Positions 48,053-58,128 are shown, numbered from the stretch's first letter. The stretch is 64,000 nucleotides of DNA from Abditibacterium sp. (GCA_965199495.1 CBDASK010000003.1:3168001-3232000); one strand, 5' to 3'. Numbers and translations: made by a program. The notes: generated by a model from the sequence alone, not told the origin.

Positions 48053-49972
48053 ATGAAGAAAATCACCAAAATGAGCGCGCTGTTGGCTGTTGCCGCCGCC
48101 GCTCCCGCCATCGTCGCCCCCGGCTTCGTGGCTCCGGCTCACGCGCAAGACCGCGCTGAGTTCCAAGATGTCCCGTTGACCCACTGGGCCTACCCCGCTT
48201 TGCAGAAGCTGGCTGCCGCTGGCATTCTGGAAGGCTACCCGCCCAACGGCAACTTCATCGGACAGCGTCCGATGACCCGTTACGAATTCGCCGTCGCCAT
48301 CGCCCGTCTGTTGGACAAAATGAACAATGGCGCTGGCCCGGCTGGCCCCGAAGGCCCGGCTGGCCCTCAAGGCCCTGTTGGCCCCGCTGGCACTGGCGGT
48401 GGCTCCGATGTCGATCTTAGCAACTACTTGACTCGCGACCAGATCATGGGGATTGTCAACCCGTTGCAGCGCGAATTCCGCGATGAGCTGGCCCGCGTTG
48501 ACGCTCGTTTGACCGCGCTGGAAAATCGCATGTCAACCGAAGAGTCGAAAGTCGTGGCTCCGCCCCGTTTGACGTTTGCTCCCGCCTTGCTGCACCGCGA
48601 GGGCTATGCGTCTTACATCGGCAACGGCGGACGCAACTTCCTGAACCCGAACTTTGCCGGACTTGACCCAGTGGCGACCAACTTTGGCACGAACCTCAAC
48701 AATCTCGCTGGCAACCCCGGCGATTTACCCGCGCCCAACGGCGCTGGCGGTTATACCACCCCCCGCGCTAACCGTTACACCGCCGACATCGCGAATAAGA
48801 AATTCTCTTATACCGATATGGAACTGCGTTTGACCGACCGCGTGTCGGATCGCGTCAGCCTCAACGCTGCGCTCCGTTCGCTCGGTTCCAATCAAGAGGA
48901 TCCTTGGGCTGGCAACAGCGCGGGCGGCGTCTATGTTCGCGAAGCCTATGCGAATTTGGATTTGACCGACCGTCGTATCTTGGGTTTGAGCGGCATCACG
49001 GCGTCCGTTGGTCGTCAGCGCACCGCGATTGCTCAGGGTTTGTTGTATGACAACCAGTTGTCGCCCACCGACCAGATGCGCGGCGATGCGTTGCTCGGCC
49101 CGATCACCCTCACTGGTATCACCGGCACGAACAACGACGTTTCTGTCCTCAATGGTGGCGACATCAGCGATCCCTATACCACGCAGGGCAGCGTTCGTTA
49201 TTTGAGCACCGGTGGTTCCGTCGCTCAGCAGCGTTTCGTGGGCACTCCGGGAAACACCGCTCTTGACGCGGGTAACGACAACGAGTCCATCCTGCGCGGT
49301 AGCGTCAACGTGTTCAAAATCGCGGGCCGTCCCGTGGCTTTGGGCTACACCCGCTTGTTCGATGGTTATCGTAGCCAGAGCGGCGATTCGTTCGACGTTT
49401 CGTTGCCCCTGTTCAACCGCACCATCGGCTTTGAATACGTCCGTCAGTACAAGGATGCTGCTGGCAACAACCTCACCAATAACAAGCCCGCCGCCTACAA
49501 CGCGACTTTGAACGTGTTGCGCACCAACGTGCTGGACTTGAACGTGGCCTATGGTTACGCCGAAGGTGGCTTCGAGTACTTCGCGACTTCGTCGGCCAAC
49601 CCCTACGCTCGCAGCTACGGCGAAGCGATCTTTGATCGTCCCATCGCTTTGGGCGCTCCGTTGCTCAATGGCAATCGTCAGCCGGGCCAGCCAGCCTTCT
49701 TGACTGCCAAGCGTGCTTTTGACGTGAACGGCACCGTCCGTTTGCCCATCAGCTTCCTGAAGCGCGTTCCGTTGAACTTCCGCTACTACGAAGCGGAAAG
49801 TGGTGCGGACGTGGGTCAGCCGCGCCGCGGCTTGGGCGAGGTCTACTCGGTCGGCACTAAAGTCAACGTCACCCCTGGCATTGATGTCGAAGTCAAAGGT
49901 GGCGTCTACAACCCCAAGGGCAACCTTGAGAGCATCGAATACTTCCGCGTTGGCGCCAGCATTGGCTTCTAA
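48053..49972 (+). CDS. SLH-domain outer-membrane protein (OmpM/SlpA-like: SLH, coiled coil, beta-barrel)
   Basis: Signal peptide; FQDVPLTHWAY..GILEGYP..MTRYEFAVAIARL (SLH); LQREFRDELA coil; amphipathic strands ending in VGASIGF; strong codon bias. Confidence 0.88.
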   Translation: MKKITKMSALLAVAAAAPAIVAPGFVAPAHAQDRAEFQDVPLTHWAYPALQKLAAAGILEGYPPNGNFIGQRPMTRYEFAVAIARLLDKMNNGAGPAGPEGPAGPQGPVGPAGTGGGSDVDLSNYLTRDQIMGIVNPLQREFRDELARVDARLTALENRMSTEESKVVAPPRLTFAPALLHREGYASYIGNGGRNFLNPNFAGLDPVATNFGTNLNNLAGNPGDLPAPNGAGGYTTPRANRYTADIANKKFSYTDMELRLTDRVSDRVSLNAALRSLGSNQEDPWAGNSAGGVYVREAYANLDLTDRRILGLSGITASVGRQRTAIAQGLLYDNQLSPTDQMRGDALLGPITLTGITGTNNDVSVLNGGDISDPYTTQGSVRYLSTGGSVAQQRFVGTPGNTALDAGNDNESILRGSVNVFKIAGRPVALGYTRLFDGYRSQSGDSFDVSLPLFNRTIGFEYVRQYKDAAGNNLTNNKPAAYNATLNVLRTNVLDLNVAYGYAEGGFEYFATSSANPYARSYGEAIFDRPIALGAPLLNGNRQPGQPAFLTAKRAFDVNGTVRLPISFLKRVPLNFRYYEAESGADVGQPRRGLGEVYSVGTKVNVTPGIDVEVKGGVYNPKGNLESIEYFRVGASIGF

Positions 49973-50005
49973 ATCGGAAATCGAAAGTTGTAACTGTCGT
50001 AAATC

Positions 50006-50038
50006 AAAAGCCTCGCCGAGCAATCGGCGGGGCTTTTT
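50006..50038 (+). terminator. Intrinsic terminator
   Basis: AAAAGCCTCGCCGA-GCAA-TCGGCGGGGCTTTTT. Confidence 0.8.
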
Positions 50039-50103
50039 AGTTTTTCTTCGTTGTTTTTACCCGCCCCTTTTATTGTCGAGAACGCTAAACTTTCCTCCCA
50101 ACT

Positions 50104-51117
50104 ATGACTCCTTCCGCGTCTCCTTCTGCTCCCGTTTATCTGCCGCCTAAACGCAAGTCTGGTTATGGTTTTTGGCCGTGGTTGGGCCTGATACTGTTTC
50201 TAATCATCAGCTTTTTTGGTTTGATTTTAGTTGCCGTCGTGATGGGTGATGAAATTAAACCAAGCGTGGGGTTAATCGAGCTTTCCGGCCCGATTAGCGA
50301 TAGCGGGGCGGGCGGTTTGTTGGGCGGCACATCGGGCGGCGCGCGCGGATTCATTCGCGAAGTCGAGGCGGCGCGCAAAGACGACAACATTAAATCCGTC
50401 GTGATTCGCATTAACTCGCCCGGCGGCGCGGCTTCGGCCTCGCAGGAAATGTATGAAGCCGTGATGCGATTGCGCAAAGCGAAACCCGTCATTTGCTCGA
50501 TGGGCGACGTGGCTGCATCGGGCGGCTATTACACCGCCGCCGCCTGCTCGAAAATTTACGCCAATCGAGCCACGACGACTGGCTCCATTGGCGTGATTAC
50601 CGAATTGCCCAATTATCAGGAGCTGGCCAAAAAAGTCGGCATCAGTCAGGCGATTATCAAAAGCGGCAAATTCAAGGATACCGGCAACCCGGCGCGGCCC
50701 CTGACTGCGCAAGAAAAACAACTGTTTCAAGGCTTAATTAACAATCTCTATAACCAGTTCGTCAACGATGTCGTCGCTGGGCGCAAAGAGGCGACCAAAG
50801 GACAACTGACGCGCGAAAAGTTGTTGAAACTGGCCGATGGTCGCGTTTATACCGGCGAACAGGCCGTGCAAAATAAGTTGGTTGACGAGACGGGCGATCT
50901 TTACACCGCCGTTGGTTATGCCGCCAGCGCAGGCGGTTTGAAAGAAGACGCGCCTGTCACACCGCTTTCGAGTGGTGGCGGTTTGAGTTCGTTGTTCGGC
51001 GCCAGCGCGCAATCGTTCGTCGGTGGCCTCTCCGAACAGGTTGGAGGCGCCTTTGCGCGTGGCGCAGTCGCCCAGTTCAAAAACGAGGCGAAGGATTTGC
51101 CAACGCCAACGTATTAA
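50104..51117 (+). CDS. sppA: Signal peptide peptidase SppA (36K type)
   Basis: RINSPGG, SMGDVAASGGYY, TGSIGVI, KSGKFKD, ADGRVYTG.QA. Confidence 0.93.
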   Translation: MTPSASPSAPVYLPPKRKSGYGFWPWLGLILFLIISFFGLILVAVVMGDEIKPSVGLIELSGPISDSGAGGLLGGTSGGARGFIREVEAARKDDNIKSVVIRINSPGGAASASQEMYEAVMRLRKAKPVICSMGDVAASGGYYTAAACSKIYANRATTTGSIGVITELPNYQELAKKVGISQAIIKSGKFKDTGNPARPLTAQEKQLFQGLINNLYNQFVNDVVAGRKEATKGQLTREKLLKLADGRVYTGEQAVQNKLVDETGDLYTAVGYAASAGGLKEDAPVTPLSSGGGLSSLFGASAQSFVGGLSEQVGGAFARGAVAQFKNEAKDLPTPTY

Positions 51118-51155
51118 TTCCCTTCCACGCTTCGGGCCAAATACCGCTCAACTTT

Positions 51156-53840
51156 ATGTCCAAACTGCTTCTCATTGATTGCTATTCTCTACTGTTTCGC
51201 GCGTTTTTTTCGTCGCCGCCGTTCTCGACTTCGGCGGGCGAACCGACGGGCGCGCTTTACGGGTTCGCGCGCATGGTTACGGCGCTACTCGACGAACACC
51301 ATCCCGATTATGTCGCCGTCGCTATTGATGCGCCCGGCGGAACTTTTCGCCACGAGGCCGACGAAACCTACAAAGCCAATCGCAACGATACGCCAGATGA
51401 TCTGAAAATTCAACAAAAATTGGTGCGCGAAATGCTCGATGGTTTGTCCATTCCGCGCTACGAACACGCCGGTTTCGAGGCCGACGATATTATCGGCACG
51501 TTGGCCAAAAAGGGCGAATCGCAGGGCCAAAAAGTTATCGTCGTGACCGGCGATGGCGATATGTTGCAGTTGGTGGACGAGAATATCACCGTGATGCTGA
51601 CCAAACGCGGCGTTTCGGATTTGGATGTTTACGATCCGGCTGCCGTCGTCAAACGCTACGAATTCGAGGCCGCGCGCGTGCCCGATTTCAAAGGTTTGAA
51701 GGGCGACGCCAGCGACAACATTCCCGGCGTGCCCGGCATCGGTGACAAAACCGCGACGACTTTGCTGAAAAAATATGGCAGTTTGGACGGAATTTACGAG
51801 AACATAGACGACGTGGCTCCCACGCGCATTCAGAAATTGCTGCGCGAAAATCAGGAACAGGCGTTCCATTCGCGCACGATGGCGACGATTATCACCAATT
51901 TGCCGGTCGAAAAAGAACCCGAAGAGTTTCGCTACGATCCGAACGATGTCACAAAACGCCGAATTGCGGGCGAAACCGCGCGCCGTTTTGAGTTTCGCAG
52001 CTTGGCCAAACGCTACGAAACTCCGGCGCAGATCGCCAAAGCCGAGCCGGAACCGTCGAAAGAATTTGTCGCTGAACTCAGCATCGCGAAAAATTTGGAC
52101 GAGGTGAAGGGGTGGCTGACAGACGATTTAACGTCAGTCGCTTGGATTGAAGATCAAATTTGGCTGGGCCGCAATGGCAACGCGTTATTGTTCGAGGGCA
52201 AAATCGGCGAAATGAAAGCGTGGCTCGAAGACGCCGATGCGCCCAAAATCGCGCACGATGTGAAAACGTTGGAGCGCGCGTTGCAACCGTTCGATATTCA
52301 TCTGCGCGGCGCCACCGCCGATACGTTGTTGATGAGTTATTTGGTCGAGCCGACGCGGCAAAATCATCCGATTGATCTAATCGCCGAGAAATACGCGAAT
52401 CTGCAACTGCCCGCCGCACCCACGCCGATTAAGAAAGCGAAACCAAAAAACGCAAGTTTGTTCGATGATGACAACGATGAAATGAGCGCCGAAGAGCGTA
52501 AGCGTTTGGACGAGCAACGCAGCCACGTCGCCGCGCAAGTCGCGGTTTTGCCGATTTTAGAACCGCTTTTGCGCGCGCAGTTAAAAGAAATTGGCGCCGA
52601 ATCGTTGTTCGACAATTTGGAATTGCCGCTCGCCGATTTGTTAGCGCAGATGGAATGCGTCGGGATGTTGATCGAGCCGAATCAATTGCGCACTCTGGGC
52701 GAAAAATTGGAAAAAGACGCCGCGCGTTTGCAATCCTCGATTTGGGAAATGGCGGGCGAAGAATTCAATATTGGTTCGCCCAAGCAGTTGCAGGTCGTTT
52801 TGTTCGACAAAATGAACTTGGAAAGCGGGCGTAAAAACAAGTCGGGCGGCTACTCGACCGATGTTCACACGCTCGAACGATTGGCCGAAGAACACCAAAT
52901 CGTGCGCGAAGTTTTGGAGTATCGCGGCACGACCAAACTCAAATCCACCTACGTTGATGCGCTCTTAAAATTGGTGACGCCGCAAAATCGGATTCACTCG
53001 TCGCTCAATCAGACCGGCACGGTTTCGGGGCGCCTGAGTTCGAGCGATCCAAACTTGCAAAACGTGCCGATTCGCACCGAGCAAGGCCGCCTGATTCGCA
53101 AAGCCTTCATCGCGCCGTCCGGCCATAAATTGATGGCGGTGGATTATTCGCAAATCGAACTGCGTCTGCTGGCGCACATCACCGGCGACGCGCCTTTGGT
53201 TGATGCGTTTAGCGCGGGCGAAGACGTTCACGCGACGACGGCGGCGCGTTTGTTTAACGTCGACGTGAAAGATGTGGACGGAGAAATGCGGCGCAAAGCC
53301 AAAATGACGAATTACGCCATCGCTTACGGTGTTTCGGGTTTTGGGTTGGCCAAGCAGTTGGGAACGGGCAACGCCGCCGAAGCCAAAGAATTCATAGACC
53401 GCTATTTTGAAGGTTTGCCGGGCGTCAAAAAATATATTGACGACACGCTCGAAACCGCCAAAAAACTCGGTTATGTCGAGACTTTAATGGGCCGTCGCCG
53501 TCCCGTCCCGGAGATTAATTCCAATCGTTTTCAAGAAAAATCCGCCGCCGAGCGCACCGCGATCAACCATCCGATTCAGGGCACCAGCGCCGACGTGATG
53601 AAACTGGCGATGCTGGCGATTCAGCGCGAAATGCGCGAGAAGAATTACCAATCGAGCATGACGATGCAGGTTCACGACGAATTAGTTTTCGAGGTTACAG
53701 ACGATGAATTGGACGCGATGAAAGAGATGGTCGCAAGATTAATGTGCGAAGTTCCGGCGCGCGAGTTGGGTTTGAAAGTTCCGCTCGCCGTTGGCGTGGG
53801 CGTCGGTAGCAACTGGGACAACGCCAAGGGCGATGAGTGA
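51156..53840 (+). CDS. polA: DNA polymerase I (degenerate 3'-5' exonuclease domain)
   Basis: 5'-3' exonuclease (EADDIIGTL, GDASDNIPGVPGIG); motifs A DYSQIELR, B RRKAKMTNYAIAYG, C QVHDE. Confidence 0.97.
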   Translation: MSKLLLIDCYSLLFRAFFSSPPFSTSAGEPTGALYGFARMVTALLDEHHPDYVAVAIDAPGGTFRHEADETYKANRNDTPDDLKIQQKLVREMLDGLSIPRYEHAGFEADDIIGTLAKKGESQGQKVIVVTGDGDMLQLVDENITVMLTKRGVSDLDVYDPAAVVKRYEFEAARVPDFKGLKGDASDNIPGVPGIGDKTATTLLKKYGSLDGIYENIDDVAPTRIQKLLRENQEQAFHSRTMATIITNLPVEKEPEEFRYDPNDVTKRRIAGETARRFEFRSLAKRYETPAQIAKAEPEPSKEFVAELSIAKNLDEVKGWLTDDLTSVAWIEDQIWLGRNGNALLFEGKIGEMKAWLEDADAPKIAHDVKTLERALQPFDIHLRGATADTLLMSYLVEPTRQNHPIDLIAEKYANLQLPAAPTPIKKAKPKNASLFDDDNDEMSAEERKRLDEQRSHVAAQVAVLPILEPLLRAQLKEIGAESLFDNLELPLADLLAQMECVGMLIEPNQLRTLGEKLEKDAARLQSSIWEMAGEEFNIGSPKQLQVVLFDKMNLESGRKNKSGGYSTDVHTLERLAEEHQIVREVLEYRGTTKLKSTYVDALLKLVTPQNRIHSSLNQTGTVSGRLSSSDPNLQNVPIRTEQGRLIRKAFIAPSGHKLMAVDYSQIELRLLAHITGDAPLVDAFSAGEDVHATTAARLFNVDVKDVDGEMRRKAKMTNYAIAYGVSGFGLAKQLGTGNAAEAKEFIDRYFEGLPGVKKYIDDTLETAKKLGYVETLMGRRRPVPEINSNRFQEKSAAERTAINHPIQGTSADVMKLAMLAIQREMREKNYQSSMTMQVHDELVFEVTDDELDAMKEMVARLMCEVPARELGLKVPLAVGVGVGSNWDNAKGDE

Positions 53841-54207
53841 AATGCCCAAAATACGTATCATCTCGGTTCCTCCCGGAGAGGCTCCCGAACACATTCGCCA
53901 AGCTTGGATTGGTTGCTCTCTTCCTTTGTTGGAAGGGAGCAGTATCGAGCCGTCCAAATGTCCGAGTGTAGGTGTTCTGTCCGGGCCAAAAAGTTTTGTT
54001 GGGTTGTGGATAGCTTCAATTTTCGGGCGTTGTGAAGAGTGGCAAGGCTATAAAGTTGATGCCGCAACTGCTATAAAAATTCTGGCGCTCACGCATCCCG
54101 AAGCTGCAAAATGGTGGCGTGAAGAAACTCCTCATCTGGTAACTCGCGAACACGCGTTAGTATTTCCAGCGGATAACTGCCAGCTTGAAGAGGAGACCGA
54201 AATTTGA
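53833..54207 (+). CDS. Conserved hypothetical protein
   Basis: PPGEAP..IR.AWIG..LP...A..WW.E.TPHL pattern; overlaps the polA stop. Confidence 0.75.
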   Translation: MSEMPKIRIISVPPGEAPEHIRQAWIGCSLPLLEGSSIEPSKCPSVGVLSGPKSFVGLWIASIFGRCEEWQGYKVDAATAIKILALTHPEAAKWWREETPHLVTREHALVFPADNCQLEEETEI

Positions 54208-54446
54208 AAAATGGAATTTGCTCCAAATGTCAATCCGAGAAAATCGTGCGCGACACAATTAAGATCAATCCGCCTTTCGCGCCGCTAATGATTAAAGGCG
54301 AGTTGAGCGTTGATAATATTAAAGGTCTAAATCCCAAATTAATGGAAGCCTATATCTGTTGCGATTGCGGTTTTACCGAACTGTATGTGATAAATCCGGC
54401 GTCGCTGTGGAAGAAGCACGACGAGAAAGTGTTTGGCGATAAGTAA
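54204..54446 (+). CDS. Small zinc-ribbon protein
   Basis: CSKC...CCDCGFTELY; TTG start overlapping the upstream stop. Confidence 0.75.
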   Translation: MKNGICSKCQSEKIVRDTIKINPPFAPLMIKGELSVDNIKGLNPKLMEAYICCDCGFTELYVINPASLWKKHDEKVFGDK

Positions 54447-54507
54447 ATTTGCGCGAAAAAGGTTGCGTCGCAAACTTTTCGCTTTTCTGCGCGTCTGGCG
54501 CTTGCCC

Positions 54508-56184
54508 ATGAATCGTTTTTCCGTCGCTTTACTCTGCGCGTTGCCCGCGCTCGCTTTCGGTTGCACGCCGACTAAAGCGCAGACGCCGCCGATTAATTTG
54601 CTGCGCGCCAACAATGCAGCCACGGCGCCGGTGTCGTCGCAATTACAAACGCAATTCGATAGTCGCGGCTTGATTAAATTGAGTTACAACGGCGCGACCT
54701 TGCTCGACGTGGCTGCTAATGGCGCCGGGTTGTTTGGTGTGGGCGATGTCCATTTTTTGGGCGCGAATGGAACGGTGACAAAAGAAAATTCGGGCGAACC
54801 GCGTCGCAGTTGGGACGACGCGGGCAAAACTTTAACTTTGGCTTATGATTGGGGCCGCGTAATTTGTCAATACGAAGTTCAGGGCGACCGTTTGAACTTG
54901 AATATCAGCGTCGAAAATACCGGACAACAAACATTAGCGGGCGTCAATTTGTTTCCGCTCGCGGTGCAGTTCACGTGCTTTCCCGATGGCTTCGATGCCA
55001 CGACGCCGCACGTCAATTTCAATCTCGATGGGCCGACGGTTCAATCCGCCGATTTCGGCGCGGGAAGTTTGACGATTGTGAATCGCGGTGTGACAAAACC
55101 TCTGGCAGTTGGATTTATTTCGACGAACGATACCGGCAAAACTTTTCGATACAACATTTACGTTGGCTCGGCGCCGTTGTGGTATCAACCGGGCAACTGG
55201 CCCAAATTTAACCGTCCGATTGCGCCCGGAGCGCGCGATGAATATCAAATTTCGCTGCGTTTTTCGCCGTCTAACCCAAGTAAAGAAAGCGCCGATGTGT
55301 TGCACGATTTCGCGACAGCGCATCCCTCAACGCTCAATTGGCTGGATCGGCGTCCGATTGGCGCGCTGTTTCTGGCGTCGTCGCTGATTGATCAGCCGCC
55401 CAATAATTTGCGCGGCTGGTTCTATAACGATAAAACCATTGATTTGAAGTCCGACGAGGGGCGCGCCAAATTTCGCGCGCGCGTGTTGGATTTCGCGCGC
55501 GACAGCGTGACCGAATTGCGCAAAGTCGGCGCACAGGGTGCGATTACGTGGGACATCGAGGGCCAGCAATATCCGCATTCGACGAGTTATATCGGCGACC
55601 CGCGTTTGCTTCCGCGATTGGCGCCCGAAATGGATGCTGTCGCCGACGATTATTTTCGCGTGTTCAAAGAGGCCGGATTCAAAGTTGGAATTTGCGTGCG
55701 CCCGCAGCAATTAACCTTCGGTGCCGATGGCAAACCCGACCAGAAAAATGTCGCGGACGAAGCGGCGATATTGATCGAAAAAATCGCTTACGCGAAAAAA
55801 CGTTGGGGCGCGACGCTGTTTTATGTGGATTCCAACGGCGGCCCATTCGACCCGTCCGATGCCGAAATTTTTCGGCGCGTGGCGGCGGCGTTTCCCGATG
55901 TTTTGCTGATGCCCGAACATCAGAACTTGAAATACCAAGCGTATACCGCGCCTTATAATGATTTGCGTTTTGACGATTCGATTACGCCCGACGAAGTGCG
56001 CGTGGCTTATCCGCGCGCCTTTAGCGTGATCAACGGCGAGGCGGCGCAATTGACCAAACGCCGCGCTGAATTGGTGCGCGCGGTGCGCGCGGGCGACGTT
56101 TTGGTTTTCAACGCGTGGTATGACAGCGACGAGGGCAAATTGGTGAAAAACATTTACGATGAGGCCAAGGCAGGCGGCGGCTAA
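54508..56184 (+). CDS. Lipoprotein with beta-sandwich plus putative glycoside-hydrolase-like TIM barrel
   Basis: Lipobox AFGC; WDIEGQ, FYVDS, LMPEH motifs. Confidence 0.75.
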   Translation: MNRFSVALLCALPALAFGCTPTKAQTPPINLLRANNAATAPVSSQLQTQFDSRGLIKLSYNGATLLDVAANGAGLFGVGDVHFLGANGTVTKENSGEPRRSWDDAGKTLTLAYDWGRVICQYEVQGDRLNLNISVENTGQQTLAGVNLFPLAVQFTCFPDGFDATTPHVNFNLDGPTVQSADFGAGSLTIVNRGVTKPLAVGFISTNDTGKTFRYNIYVGSAPLWYQPGNWPKFNRPIAPGARDEYQISLRFSPSNPSKESADVLHDFATAHPSTLNWLDRRPIGALFLASSLIDQPPNNLRGWFYNDKTIDLKSDEGRAKFRARVLDFARDSVTELRKVGAQGAITWDIEGQQYPHSTSYIGDPRLLPRLAPEMDAVADDYFRVFKEAGFKVGICVRPQQLTFGADGKPDQKNVADEAAILIEKIAYAKKRWGATLFYVDSNGGPFDPSDAEIFRRVAAAFPDVLLMPEHQNLKYQAYTAPYNDLRFDDSITPDEVRVAYPRAFSVINGEAAQLTKRRAELVRAVRAGDVLVFNAWYDSDEGKLVKNIYDEAKAGGG

Positions 56185-56218
56185 ATCAAATTTTAGCCGT
56201 GAAATAAGGGTTTTTACC

Positions 56219-56247
56219 TTGCGCCTCGCGCTCAGTCTTGTTAAAAT
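56219..56247 (+). promoter_or_regulatory. sigma70 promoter of rpsA
   Basis: TTGCGC-17-TAAAAT with TGn extended -10. Confidence 0.55.
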
Positions 56248-56399
56248 GGGATAGGTTTTCTCTCGCATTTTCCTCTTGCCGCCGCCAGATTTTTCTCTCG
56301 CGAACGCTTTGGGTTAAATCAATCATATCGAGAGAAGCAAATTTTGATGCCTTAGAGATTGGCTTTGCCTGATTTTTTCGCGCTCCAAGGACAACTGCT

Positions 56400-58118
56400 G
56401 TGGCAGATACCCCCAACAACGACACGCCCGTGACCCCCGACATCCAGAATTCCGCAACCCCTCCCGTCGAGCAGGAAACGGCCCCGACTTCCTCCGGCAC
56501 CCCCGGAACGACCGGCGCCGTTTCCACCGATGGTGCCCCCGAACAGATCGAAACGCAAGTCTCGACCTCGACGCCCGAAACCGCCGCCGCGACAGCAGCC
56601 ACGGCGCCCGCTTCTGAGGCTGCTCCCGCCGCTGATGTGCCCGCGCCCGCTTCAACGCCCGCAACGGCGGCCCCAACTCCGGTGCCCGCTCCGGCTCCCG
56701 CTCCCGTTGGCAAACAGCCTTCGATGGAGCAGGTCATGGAATCGGACGAATTCGCCGAATACATGAGCGGCGCCCAGTCGCTGGAGCGCAATGCACTCGT
56801 CACCGGAATTGTTGTCCGTCTCGAAGAGAACGGCAGCATCTTGGTTGACATCGGCTCCAAAAGCGAGGGCATTATCCCGCGCTCCGAGATCGGCGACGAC
56901 GAAGTCGAAGTCGGCGCCGAAGTTGAGTGTCTGGTCGTGCGCCCCGAAGACGAAGAGGGCCATCCGATTCTGTCCAAGCGCCGCGCCGATTTTGAGAAGA
57001 CGCGCCGCGACGTGGCTGCCGCCCGCGAGTCGGGCGAAGTCTTGCAAGCCACCGTCAAAGACGCCGTTAAAGGCGGCTTGATCGTGGATTTGGGCATTGA
57101 CGCGTTCGTGCCCGCTTCGCACGTTGACCAACGCGTGCGCGGTCAGCTCGAACGTTTGGTCGGCCAGATTTTGCCAGTCAAAGTCATCGAAACCGACTTC
57201 CGCAAAGGCCGCGACAAAGTCATCGCGTCGCACCGTTTGGCTTATGCCGAAGAGCGCGATAAACGCGAGTCGGAAGCGTGGGACAGCATCGAGAAAGACA
57301 AAATCGTTGAGGGCGTGGTGCGCCGCATTACCGAGTTCGGCGCTTTCGTTGACATCGGCGGTTTGGACGGTTTGCTGCACGTCCGCGAAATGGCGTGGAG
57401 CCGCGTGGATCATCCGTCGAGCGTAGTGAAAAAAGGCCAGAAATTGCAGGTCTTGATTCTCGATATTGACGAAGAACGTCGCCGCGTCGCGTTGGGTTTG
57501 AAACAGTTGTTGCCCGATCCGTGGAAAAAGGCCGCGAAAAACTACAGCGTTGGCCAAGTCGTGCCGATCAAAGTTTTGCGTTTGGCGCCGACGGTCGCGT
57601 TTGTCGAACTCGAACCCGGCATTGAAGCGATTATCCCGATTTCCGAATTGTCGGAAGACCGCATCAACAAACCCGAAGACGCGGTTTCCATCGGTCAAGA
57701 AGTCGAAGGCCGCATCAAGAGCATTCAGCCCAACCAGCGCCGCATTACCATGAGTTTGCGCGCGGCTGTCGCCGAAAAAGAGCGCCGCGAGACGCGCACT
57801 GCGGTGCGCGAAGTCAACCAGCGCGCGGGCGAAGATGGCCCGCTTTCGTTGGGCGATTTGTTCGGCAAAGAGCTGCGCGCCGTGCGCGACCGTGGTCGCA
57901 ACCGTGACCGCGACGAGGCGCGCTCGCGCGCTCAGGAAGAGGCCGACGATGCCGACTTCGAGGAAATCGAGGCCGAGTTGGATGACAACGCGACCGCCGC
58001 GATGGACGAAGAAGTCGCCGTTGACGATGCGCCCGCCGTGGCTGCATCGGACGAAGCACCAGCCGATGAACCCGAACCGGGTTCGCTGGCCGCAGCGTTG
58101 AAAAATGCGGGTGCGTAA
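56400..58118 (+). CDS. rpsA: 30S ribosomal protein S1 (four S1 domains, long disordered termini)
   Basis: VDIGSKSEG, VKGGLIVDLG..AFVPAS, FGAFVDIGG.DGLLH..E.AW..V.HP, LGLKQL.PDPW, SLGDL. Confidence 0.93.
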   Translation: MADTPNNDTPVTPDIQNSATPPVEQETAPTSSGTPGTTGAVSTDGAPEQIETQVSTSTPETAAATAATAPASEAAPAADVPAPASTPATAAPTPVPAPAPAPVGKQPSMEQVMESDEFAEYMSGAQSLERNALVTGIVVRLEENGSILVDIGSKSEGIIPRSEIGDDEVEVGAEVECLVVRPEDEEGHPILSKRRADFEKTRRDVAAARESGEVLQATVKDAVKGGLIVDLGIDAFVPASHVDQRVRGQLERLVGQILPVKVIETDFRKGRDKVIASHRLAYAEERDKRESEAWDSIEKDKIVEGVVRRITEFGAFVDIGGLDGLLHVREMAWSRVDHPSSVVKKGQKLQVLILDIDEERRRVALGLKQLLPDPWKKAAKNYSVGQVVPIKVLRLAPTVAFVELEPGIEAIIPISELSEDRINKPEDAVSIGQEVEGRIKSIQPNQRRITMSLRAAVAEKERRETRTAVREVNQRAGEDGPLSLGDLFGKELRAVRDRGRNRDRDEARSRAQEEADDADFEEIEAELDDNATAAMDEEVAVDDAPAVAASDEAPADEPEPGSLAAALKNAGA

Positions 58119-58128
58119 TAATTAGCCA

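Noticed and set aside
48725..50023. 432-aa minus-strand ORF, and similar long ORFs at 15956..17122, 33474..34586 and 56652..57698
   Set aside because: Antisense shadows of codon-biased real genes; no motifs.
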